A stretch of DNA of 64,000 nucleotides, taken from Octopus vulgaris (lineage: Eukaryota). Below are positions 39,515-51,588 of the stretch, one piece after another (positions within the stretch are counted from its first letter, which is position 1; the number at the start of each line of letters is the position of its first letter). Location of the stretch: the NCBI GenBank assembly GCA_951406725.2, contig OX597818.1, positions 112,592,001 through 112,656,000 on the forward strand, given 5' to 3'. A program made the translations under genes and the position numbers. The notes under the pieces were generated by a model that made no database searches, had not been told where the DNA came from, and saw nothing but the letters and a program-made list of their open reading frames with translations.

Positions 39515-41580
39515 GTAGTAGTAGTAGTAGTATTAGTAGTAGTAGTAGTAATAATATGTCAAGTAAGCAAGTATTATCCCTATTGTTTCAAAAAGACTGC
39601 TCCCTCATCTGTAAATATCTATCGCACTGCAAGTTCCCTATTATGTAGTATATAACAGCCCATTACCCAAATACACCTGCAAAGAAAGATGAGGAGAGCA
39701 TTTTCTCAAAACTACAATCGGATGTTGATGTAATACTTTTGTAGAAGCGAACCTACCAAAGTAGGATACAGGAAAATGGTATATAAAATATATGCAGAGA
39801 AATCGAAAAAATCTAATCGCAAAAAGACGAATCGATCCCAGTTGGTACTTGAAGACATTTCAATAAGAGAGTAAGATAAAAGAAAAACATTTTATATGGA
39901 ACAAGTGGCTGAGGAAATGTAATGTGAGCAAATAATAGAAGAGTGGCTAACAAATAAGCAGGAGATAAAAGTGTTCATATAAAAAGAAATTCACTTGATA
40001 GAAAGAAAGAGTGTTACAGAGGAGGAATGGAATGTTATATCACGCTTAAACAGGGCTCGAACTAATGAAATATGTGGGAAATAAGTCTTGACAGAAATCG
40101 AGTTGGGAACAGTGCGAAAATCTGTGTTGGAGATATTAGGGGTCATAACAAAGTTATATACTCTGCAGTATTTATTTGATGTGGAAATTTGGTGGATTAA
40201 GACCAAAGAAATGCAAATAACGTTCCATAACCGGTTAGAAAACCTGGGTATGTAATTGAACAGCTCAACAGAGATTTAGAAATAAATAAATGCAATCGTG
40301 GAAAAGATGTGATGAGCTAAATGCGCAGGAAGGAGTTACCAATAATTTCAATGTAACGCGGAAGCAGACAGATTATGCGAATATAAGAGTGAAATGGAAA
40401 AGGGATCGAAGAAATGAAAATATAAATTATCAAATTGGGAAGTCCACGCCATGGGGATTTCGGATCAAAAGTCTTTCAAGTATGCACAACCTTATACAAC
40501 TGTTCATTATCGACCTTTCTGGCAGTCGTCGTACAATGGGTCAATTTTAAATTTCATACGAGATGCACTATAATCAGAGTTTAAAAATAGCCGTTTAAAA
40601 ATCTTATACCCCTGAACCCCATCGCCAAGTATTTCACCGAGCAGGTGATGAATTAATGCGAATGTTGCGATTCTCAGTGAAGAATCTGCAATAAGAAGCT
40701 CACGATGGGAGTTGTCCTCTCGTAGAGACAGCTTCAGAAGTGAGTCAGAAAACGCGGACATCTTATTTGCTTTGTATTTGGTAATAAAATCTAGAATTTC
40801 GATCATCAACCTAAATCTGATGTTCTTTTCCTTCTTGTACAAAACCAAATTTTTAACGAAGCCAGTTGCTTAATGTTAACATCACGTCTTATCATCACCT
40901 CTTGATCTGCCAATCATTCAAAACTAATGGAAAAATATTTCCCCGCACATCACAAAGATCTGGGGGATCTTGAGTTCTCCTAAGGTCCGAACACATCCTA
41001 TAGAGAAATGAAAAACTTATTCTATGTCAAAACGTTTACTGCTAATAAATTATAGAGAGAATGACACATTCTGCTCGTCAGAGATATTAATTTAAAGTGT
41101 ATATTTTCTAAGTGTATGATTTAACCATCATTCACCATATCACCATTGACACCAAAATAACAGTTGACTGAACCGCTGTACTTAATATTCTTAAACTAGC
41201 CAATGAGAACTGGAAAACGTTTATCTGGCAACAACACGGTCATCATACTCTTCCACGGGAATTTTTGCATCTTGAGGGACGGAGTCCAAAATAACTTATT
41301 AAAGAAAACATCCAATATGATGTATGCACGGTCTAAATATGCAGCAGAAACAGCATCGGCTCGGCCTCGCTCATTTTTTACAGGATGGCTGCGTCCTCAA
41401 GTGGTAACATACACAGAAAGCACATCTTAAAGCCCCATTCTACAGTACTCTCAATGTCGCAATGTAAACATTAACACTTTTAACGTCGGTGTTGAGATGC
41501 AAGAAGGAAAATCAGCGCTGTCTTTGGACAACAAATACCCGCTGAGGTATCCCAAACATTTCTGAAAAGCAAATATTTCT

Positions 41581-41660
41581 AGAGTGAGAGCCCTGGTGAA
41601 CAAATTAGAGTGAGAGCCCTGGTGAACAAATTAGAGTGAGAGCTCTGGTGAACAAATTAG
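41581..41660. repeat. 26-bp tandem repeat x3
   Basis: AGAGTGAGAGCCCTGGTGAACAAATT repeated head-to-tail with no spacers. Confidence 0.95.
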
Positions 41661-41811
41661 CCTTCATGATCATTAGATGCCCCACGTTAAACTAATGGGG
41701 GAAATGATTAGTCATACACTTTCTGAGGGGCAGACTCTTCGGAGACGTATAGTGTATATCATTTGATTATTTAGCGACCATGTCCCAAATGAAATTTTTG
41801 GAAATGATTAC

Positions 41812-41975
41812 AAATTGGTTTCAAATTCAAGGTGAAAGACATTAATTTCCGTAAGTGGGAAGTCGGTTACATCGAGCACAGAGCTCAACTGGTACCTGTT
41901 TCATCGAGACGGAAAGCACGAGAGGTAAAGTCGAACTCGGAGGAATTTGAAATCGATTCTGCCAGCTCGCCGCTT
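41812..41975 (-). mobile_element. tRNA-derived SINE with internal deletion
   Basis: AAAGTCGAACTCGGAGGAATTTGAA...GATTCTGCCAGCTCGCCGC. Confidence 0.65.
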
Positions 41976-42393
41976 TGATGGGACTATGTATTACCCATTA
42001 AAGTACAAACAGAACGGTACACCACCCTTTGCTACTGTTATAAAAAAGAAAAAAGAAAAGAAAAGGAGAGCTTGAGACAAACTATATACATCAATAATTT
42101 AGAATTTATATAGATTTCATTTAAAAATATTTACCGCTCGACAGAAGAAATAATTAAAGATTATATATTCAAATCACGTTTCTTCTGTCTGTCTGTCGAG
42201 ATATTTGTCATATCAATACAGCTACATAACATATAAAACAACTATGAGAAGAAACACATATATATTTTGTCTTGCTTTGTTATTGATCTTTTCGAATATC
42301 TTTTGAAATCTCTCTCACTATCAATTTTCTGGTTATATATATATATATATATATATGTATTTATGTATGTATGTATGTATGTATGTATGTATG

Positions 42394-42437
<44 letters not shown>

Positions 42438-44169
42438 CATATATATGTATATACACCCACACACACCCACACATAAGTATGGGTCTGAGTGCGTGATTAT
42501 AAATGCTTATATATATATATATCTACCGGTGTACATACAAACATATCTCCTTACATACACAAACACGCACATTCTCACACACACACACACACTCACTCAC
42601 AGATATATATATATATATATAGACACACACACGCACAAAGATATCTACTTTTCGATTAAATTTAATATTTTACATTGAAAGAGAACTGTCACAGTCATGT
42701 GATCTGTTTTATAGTTTACTTTCTACTTTATCTCTTTCTTTCATGTTCATCAAATGTTTCAACGCATCACGCATATTATATAAGCTTCCGCTTTAAGAGG
42801 AGACCGCAGCTAAACTCTTCTTCTAACCCCATCCTCAAAATGAAGAAACATGAATCTATACAGTATAAACACCTCTCTCCACTCCTGTCTCTCTCTCTCT
42901 ATATATATATATACATTCACACACATTCGTTCGATGCTTTTGTTTCTCCATTTTGCATATCTATATATATATATGAATGCCATGTAAAGATGTGCAAATT
43001 TCAATATTTCTTCAGCTTGAAAAAAAGGAGAAATTAAAACGAAAAACATGTACACCCACAGGCGAAATTCTTAGTTGCAAGAGACTGGCTGAACTAATAT
43101 AAAAAGAAGGAAATAAAAGAGGAAAACGAAAGGAAAGTGAAGGAAAGAAAACAAAAGAGAATAGAAAAAGTAAAGGAAGGGAGTAAGCGGAAGACGTGGA
43201 AAATAAAGTTTTCTTTTGATATTGGAACAAAGTGAGATGAATGAGTGCTAGAACGGTCAGAGAATTCAATGGAATAGTGCAAAGAATATATAGCCAATGA
43301 GATGAGGAATGACCTTGGAACCAATGGAGAGAGGCTTAAGGTTGGTGGATGTGCCTCTTATGAACTCAAGTGGATTAATGAATAAACAGATAAACTGACA
43401 TGGCAATTAAAATGAATCGATCGCAAAAGTAAAAGAAATCTTATCAGCAGAGGTGCTGATATAAAGGAATGGTTAGCACTTCAGCGGTAAGTTTGAGGTA
43501 ATTGTTGTAATGTAGAGGATATCAAATAAAATATATAAATAAATAAAATATAAACTGAGGGAAGAAAATAAAAAAAGAATTGGGATTGTCACTAAGAATA
43601 TAGAAAATATCAAATAAATAAAGAATGAATATGCAATTATAGTATATATAGAAAATTTTGAAAACGTTAATAAAAAGAAATTAAAATTATTCACTACTGA
43701 AAAGTTATAAAAGTATAAAATACAAGAAACCTAAATAAAAGATTAAAAACGAAAATGGTGAAATAAAAGTCAAGAGGAAAAATACTCAAAACGAGGCCAA
43801 GATGAATGAGTGAATAAATAATTGATTGGGTAAATGAATTGAGAGCAGGAATGATAAAGTAGTTGTGTAAAAAGAAGTTAGTAAACGATTCGGATAATTA
43901 TTAGTATTAAGAATAGTAAACGCGTGCACACACACACACAAACTCGGAATCACATATATGCATATATACAAGTGTCTGTCTTGATAGAACACATAGATAT
44001 AGATGTTCACAATGAAATTGCGTGATTACAGGCTTGCTTCCCAACCATATAGTTTTGGTTTCAGTCTCATTGGGTGGTAGCTTGGGCGAGTGGCTACTAC
44101 TATAGATATTTGAGTGGATTTGGTAGCTGGAAACTGAAAGAAGCTTGCTGTGTATATATGTATAAGGGA

Positions 44170-44890
44170 AGATATGATCGAACGAAAATTCAATCGGACC
44201 TATGCGCAGTGACCCAGTGGGCAAAAAGAAAAAAAAACAATATGCAGTTGAACGAATAAAAATTTGAACTCATCCACTTTGGAAAAGGGGGTACATCAAA
44301 CGATAATATAAACCATTATCGGGAGAGCTACTTGAACCGTCGGATAATATCAGAGACTTAGGTGTAACTGTCGACAGCAACCTTAGATGGAGTGTGCACG
44401 TCAACAAAAAAGTCGATGTTGCCCGCAGAATGTGCTCATGGATCCTCAGAACTTTTCAATCTAGGGATCATGAAACCATCATCCTTCTCTCCTCCACTGT
44501 CACTAGGCCCCACCTTGAATACTGCTGCCTATTGTTGTCCCTTTGCAAAAGAACAGAACATAATGAGGATCGAAGCGCTGCAAAGATCAATCACAAAAAA
44601 AAAAATTTAAATGATACGATTGGACTTGATTAGTAGGCTCGACTTAAACAGCTGAAGCTCTATTCTCTGCCACACCGCCGTGAGCGATACATTATTTGCA
44701 CCATGTGGAAAATATTCCACCAATATTATCCAAATGATATTGGTATTATGCTTATAATTCACCCACGACTAGGCCCTCGTGCAATGCGTCTCCTACAAAG
44801 GCCAAGATCACATCACATAAGGAGATTGCGACACAATTTCCTCACTGTAAATGGTCCTGCTCTTTTCAATGTTATCCCGAAAGAAATTAA
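44170..44890 (+). mobile_element. CR1/Jockey-group LINE RT C-terminal fragment
   Basis: QSDLCAVTQWA..NNMQLN..KFELIHFG...IRDLGVTVDSNLRWSVHVNKKVDVARRMCSWILRTF...RPHLEYCC...LKLYSL..RRERYII, with stops and frameshifts. Confidence 0.88.
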
Positions 44891-45549
44891 TGCATCTAGG
44901 AAGATACTGGAATCATTAATCACCTTCTATATATCAGTCTTAGCTGCTTGAAAATATACATGTCCGCTGCGATGATACATCGAGGAGTCATAAATAACTG
45001 GATTAATTTATACCGTCTATAATTTCATAGTAATTTCATCAGAAAGAGGTCCGTAAAATAGTAGCGTCTAAAATTTAATATATATTGATCATACATCTGT
45101 TTTTAAAGGTGCAATATTTGCTTCAGTAACAAAAGAAACACCTAAATATAAATACAGAACATCTCATGTTTGTCGAGATCCACGAATGAATTCATAGGAA
45201 ATGAACAATATGATAGTGTTATCTCATCCAATCCAAAAGACATTAAATCTAATAAAAGGCTGGGTGCATTATACATATTCGTGCATAATAAATGTGCCAA
45301 ATTTCAATTACATTTCTGTATAAGACGTTTGTCTTTGCCATGCAGATCGAACATCAAATGGAATCCAACACTTACTGTATGGTTTCTCTGTCAGTCGTAG
45401 CATATCTAAGGCTACATCGACTGTTGGCCTGTTTGATTTTCAGTTGGGTAGATGTTAATAGGTGGTAGTGATATGAACATAAAAGGAACAACCAGTGACC
45501 TAGAAAAAGATTTTAATATTGGCATATTATGAATAACTAGTTAGTAATT

Positions 45550-46640
45550 CAACGGATGACCTCGATGTATGGAAGAAGATAGTGTGTATGGTGGTAACAA
45601 AATGCAAAGCCCATAGTGCGTGCTCAAAGTTAACATTCAAATGATATAGCAGGTATCAACTTTTATATACCTTAGAACTTTGATCATAGAACACGCAAGA
45701 TGTGTGATGAAGACCAAAAAATAAGTAGTGCTGGCAACAATTTGCATTCTGAAAATTGAATAACATTTTTAGAAATTGTATTCTGAACATCAGATCAAGA
45801 TCTGTATATTGCACGACTTTCATTTCCCTGTGTTAATCGATGGACGAGAGTCACGGTCTAAAACATTTAAAAAAATGTGAAGGTACTTGGAGATCTGTGA
45901 AATGTGGTTGGGGAAAAAGGGCCTGGAAAATTTGCAATGACCAATAAAATTGAATGGAAACGATGTGGAAAGAGAAGAATGATATGGATGTCAGCGTTGA
46001 CGAACCGGTTGGAGGAAAGATACATCAAACAGAAAACAAAGAGAACTGTGGCACGACATGAACGTCAAGTCCTAACTCTGGTCATAGCACCTGGAAGAAG
46101 AGTGTTGTATTTTGTGGACGAAATTCTGTTTCATATTACATGCAAGTAGCTAATTTGTGGGCATCTAGTTTATCATGACCTAGGTGTGACTATATACTGG
46201 ATCCGGTAGTGTGGCCTTGGATCCGAAATTCCTGTAGATTTCTCAGGTCTATTCTGACTCAGAACAATATCAATTGCCACGGCCACAGTATTGTGGTTAA
46301 TTAGCATTTAATTGTAAGTCAGTTGTGAATAAGGGAATAAATTACGGGTGACGTGTCCCTTGTCAAGGTCTAGCAACCGGCAAACATCCGAGTCAGAGTT
46401 ACAACCAGATCATGGGATATAGCATAATGAATATGAACTTTTTCAGAAGGTAAAACTATTTAGTCAATGCCGACTATCGCTAGATGCTGAACAGATGAAC
46501 AATCAACAAACAGTCAAAGGTCGAGAACAACCATTTCATTTAGCGAATAGCTGTTATCATCTGTAAACGCGGTGTGCGCAGAGGAAATACTGAACTATCG
46601 AAATAAGAATACGACATATTGGACGTAGAACGTCACCCGT
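45550..46640 (-). mobile_element. Possible RTE-like LINE RT relic
   Basis: Minus-strand traces GDVL.P (~46630) and AFTDD (~46560). Very decayed. Confidence 0.3.
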
Positions 46641-46698
46641 TCAGGTGACGATGATGATAATGATATAATATATTAAAACGATTATCATCTCTGCTTCA

Positions 46699-46775
<77 letters not shown>

Positions 46776-47417
46776 TCTTGCTCTATAAATGAGAATTTCA
46801 GAAATGTTTGTGGATTCATACGGCGATATTTTATATAGGTAACATTTGATAAAATATAAAAGCTGAAACACATTACCTATCAAATTTTGAAACATAAATG
46901 GCTGATTAGATCGACACCAATATATACACAATTATTATCGTAAGGCGACGCAATGCATAGTAAGTAGAACGATTATGGAAACCGTTAATATGTGTACATT
47001 ATGAAATGATTTATATTATCCTAAAACGATTTAACAAATCTATGCAATAATTGAGATATTGAGGTATTTTGACAAGCTGAGTCGTTTGCCTATTTGTAGG
47101 AGAAAATAAACGGATTTTAGTAACGTTGCTGTATTTCTATGAACATAAATTTTATCAATGAAATGAATACGGAAATCAAAGGAACATCATTACTCCGTTG
47201 CAATTTTTGTTTTCTTTATGATATTCAGTACAATAACAATCATCGATTCTTTCTACTTGTGGAAAAAAGTATTCGGAATACATTATATATATTTTTAATG
47301 CTGGTCTATGATTTCCGAAATGCGTTATTCGACGATGACATTACAAACAGGTTTTGTGAGCTATCTAATCATATTATATGTCTGTCTGTCTGTCTCTTTC
47401 TCTCTCTCGCTCTCACC

Positions 47418-47456
<39 letters not shown>

Positions 47457-47459
<3 letters not shown>

Positions 47460-47620
47460 ATAAAACGGTAAGATAACAAAAGAAAGAAAGAGACCTCAAT
47501 ATTATGTAAATAGAGGAAATTTATCTATACAATATGTTACACCGAAGAGATGGTGTTGTGGATTTCCACTTCGGCATCTGAAACTCAGAGTTTTATCTTG
47601 ACTACCGAGTAATGTAACAT

Positions 47621-47625
<5 letters not shown>
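47457..47625 (+). mobile_element. Small fold-back insert in (TA)n with hammerhead-like motif
   Basis: TACAATATGTTACA...TGTAACATATTGTA arms enclose CCGAAGA-GATG..GTGGA/TCCAC..CATC-TGAAACTCAGAGTT. Confidence 0.4.
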
Positions 47626-47687
<62 letters not shown>

Positions 47688-47899
47688 ATATACCTATATA
47701 TATATATATGTGTGTGTGTGTGTATGTATACATGAAGTGAGAATGAGACAGATATATATATATATATATATATCTTTACATAAAATAATATCGGGTGCCA
47801 AATTTTTTGAAATTTCACTACCAGTGACCTAGCATGTATAAATGTACACTAATTTTATATGGAAAGACTCTTACACTATATTTTATTCCCCTCGCATTT

Positions 47900-48539
47900 T
47901 TCTTCCTCTCTCTCTCTCTCCACCTCTCTCACATTTCTTGACCTCTCTTCCTTTAGCACCCACTATTTCCCACTCGTTTATCTTCCCTGCACCGTTCCGT
48001 TTGTCTTTGATTTTTTTCTAATCCTTTAATCCCGCTGCCAACTACCCATCTCTCCTACTTCCACGTGATCTTTCTTTCTTGGCTTGACTGCCGACCACCA
48101 ACACCTCTTGTGTCCATCTCCCATGTTCCTGCCTTTAGTCTTTCGCTTCATACATGTCAGCTCAATTTGAATCGTTCTCAGTCGAAAGACGCCTGTTGTT
48201 ATTACTTGTTGTATTCGTAATTGTGTACCATATTCTCTCTTTTTTTTGCTTGTTTATAGTTTTTATCTTTGTTGCCGTACACATTCACAAACTTTCTTAC
48301 AGAGGGGCCTAATCCTCTTAGCTTAGGCTTTTTGTGGGACAACCAGATCGAACCATCCCTAGTGTAACTGTCCGAAATGGTCGTGACCTCTGGTACTTGA
48401 CTGATGAAAGAAACCCAAGAATGACCCGTTTTTTTTTTGCCTGTTCTTCTAATTGTTCTTTTGCTCGTCCTTCTAATTGTTATTTCCCTTGTCCCTATCT
48501 GTCCGAACATTTTAATGACCTCTATTACGACTTTGTTCC

Positions 48540-48540
<1 letters not shown>
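47900..48540 (+). mobile_element. Dispersed repeat homologous to 29870-30655
   Basis: Shared motifs are listed under the 29870 feature. The 3' end abuts (TA)n. Confidence 0.55.
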
Positions 48541-48616
<76 letters not shown>

Positions 48617-48996
48617 AGGTGTATAGGATAAAATAATCCAAGCAGATACAGTGGTATGGTAGCTCTCAGGTTAAGACTATCCTCATCAAATGGTCAAATA
48701 GTTATTAGCGTGTGTACAATCAGGCTATAATTCTTCTGACTGGTAACTCCGGGTTCGCTTCCCCAGATAGTGAAAATTAGGAGGAGTGTAGATTTTAAAC
48801 AACTGTGAAGAATACAAAGACTGGTACATCATCAAACTTTCTTTTAATTCATATGGTTACAATAGCCGACATGTGATTCTGTTGCATACACTAATTGCAG
48901 TTGCACATGCAGCCCCGTGTATTTTTCTGTGCATATTCATGCAGGGTCCATCGAAGAAACGTGGTTTACAGCTATGTGGCCACAGTATGTGCGTGC

Positions 48997-49032
<36 letters not shown>

Positions 49033-51453
49033 CAGGAGAGTTGATGTTCCAGTACATATTCATTCTAAACGTTTACAGTTGTTTCAGAATCATTTTAGTT
49101 ATAATAGATGATACATCAATATTACCTCTTGTACAATATACATATACAATCATCCAAAGTAGATATGTTGTACGCGTGTGTTTGTATACATGTATGAGAT
49201 GGTTGTAACTGCCTGTGTGTGTGTGCCTATACGTATATCAGTGTGTGTGTGTATGTGTGAAAGCAGGTGATCAACGAAATATCATTATTAAATTAATTCC
49301 AGTCGTGTTCCATAATATGCACCTTGATCTTGTTTTCATTATCCATAAATCATATAATTTCGAACATTGAAATCGAGCTAAACGGTAAATATTTCCGGAG
49401 GTAGGCAAAACACATTTATGAAAGGCAAATACAAGCTAAAATTTCTCTATACATAATAACCTATAACCATTTTCATATGGCTAATTTTCATATACGTACG
49501 TACGTATGTATACACGTGTATGTGCGCGCGTGTATTTACGCACCTTTAGTATTGCGTATATATATATATATATATATATATGAATCTCTCTCCCCTCTCT
49601 CACTCTCTCTCTCCATATATATATATATATGCTTTTATGTGTGTGTACGTGCGCGTGTATATTGTGTGCTTGTGTGTTTCTATCTGTATATGTAAGAACA
49701 TTACATAGACTAGAATTTCCGTTCCGTTTCGTTTCATTTTGCTCTATTTTTTTTTTATTAGATACGATTTTTCCATAGATGTGTCGAAACAGTCGATCCG
49801 ATAATGGAGTAGAAGTAGATATTCTACGTATATTAGTGGCTGCAATATAATAAGTTAATGTCAAAGAAATGAAAACCGTCATTGCAGTGGGCATTTATTT
49901 TACTTCACGAAGATTAAGTTGAATCGTACTATGTTGTGATCTAATGTCAAAGAATAAGAAAAAAAACGTCTTTTCAAAGTAGAAAGAGCAATCTGAACGT
50001 CATCATATTCTGAGCTAGAACTTCGAAGAAAGATTGTTATAAATGGAGAATGAAGTAACTGGGAAGGAAGCTTTTATGAAAGGTCAAAATGTCGCGTACG
50101 AATATTAAAACGCTAAAATATGAATAAAAGTGAAAACATCAATATACTCGTCGTAACCATCTTCAAAAAATACATTAAGCTGCGAAAATATCTATTGAAC
50201 TGTATATTAAGATATTTTTGTTCGGTTTCAAATCTTGAGTGCAGAACTAAAGTAGCTATATTAGAATTTCATGAATACCGCAAGAGATAAGTATAAGATA
50301 CCTATTGAAGTAAAACACATTCATATGAACACACTAGTTTAGATACGATAAACAAATATATGGAGACGTTTCTGTTAAAGTTATGAACTTATTGATTCGA
50401 ACATATATATATATATATGCATAGAAATATCAAGGAAAAGAGGTGTTAATAAGACATATTGATTCAGGCAAAATAATTGTGAAACTTTCTGCAGATAGAA
50501 ATCCACCAAGGTAAGAAGGAAGTGTTGTGATCGGTGTCTTACTCTAGGTAATCCGAAATCGGAAGTTGAAGTCGAAAGCAATCACTAGTCAAAAAAGGTA
50601 AATCTATGATTGACTTACTCAGTTAAGAAGGGTAACTTTTGACAGAGGTGTAGATTCAGTGTAATATCACGATCAGATATTTCAATTCTAATGCTATTTC
50701 TTCTCAGGGTGAACATGGGTTAAACCTATTCCATTAAATGGTGTAATAATATTCAACATGACCTATTGCTTGGCGAAAGAATTATCATTTGTTCTCTTAC
50801 GAAAACACGTTCCATTTCCTCCTGCCGTACCGCGTTCACGTTGCATTCACTCTGGATATAATCAATAGATTCCTACCAAAATGTCTCACTTACAAAATAG
50901 CTTCAAATGTCACCACTGTTTGTACAACAATTCATAAGCCCATCCAACTCCAACGAAACCATTACTGTTTTCATTTTTGGTTTCAAAACCAAACATGCAT
51001 TCAGACACAGCAAGGGACCGCACACATACATAAATCTTAATATCATTTACCATGATTGCGTATTGTGCAAATATTGTGGTCGTTAGATGCGATCTTTGTT
51101 TCACAAATAACTTTCATATACTATTCCAGATATTTCTATCATTTCATGCAAAATCTCAAATGGGTATGCAGAAATTTACATAGATATTTATTGAGGAATG
51201 TCAAATAGAAACCAATTAACTTAGATTACTAGCCACACATTCAGAGATATAATTTCGAACATAAAGGAATTTGCATATACAAAATATTCCATTTCGCACA
51301 GACATGAAATTAGCAAAAGCAGAATGACATTTATAAATCACAAAGTCGCTAAAATATAATTGTTCATTGTAGAGTTATCTTTCATAATCTCCAGTGTCGT
51401 GCTCTCTAAATATATGGTCTTCTTGATGTTTGATTACAGAAATGCAGCTCCAC

Positions 51454-51531
<78 letters not shown>

Positions 51532-51534
51532 GTT

Positions 51535-51580
<46 letters not shown>

Positions 51581-51588
<8 letters not shown>

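Noticed and set aside
40507-40848. 113-aa ORF as a host exon
   Set aside because: No recognisable domain or splice context. It lies among probable decayed LINE sequence.
41581-41660. Mini-CRISPR
   Set aside because: The 26-bp repeats are contiguous with no spacers.
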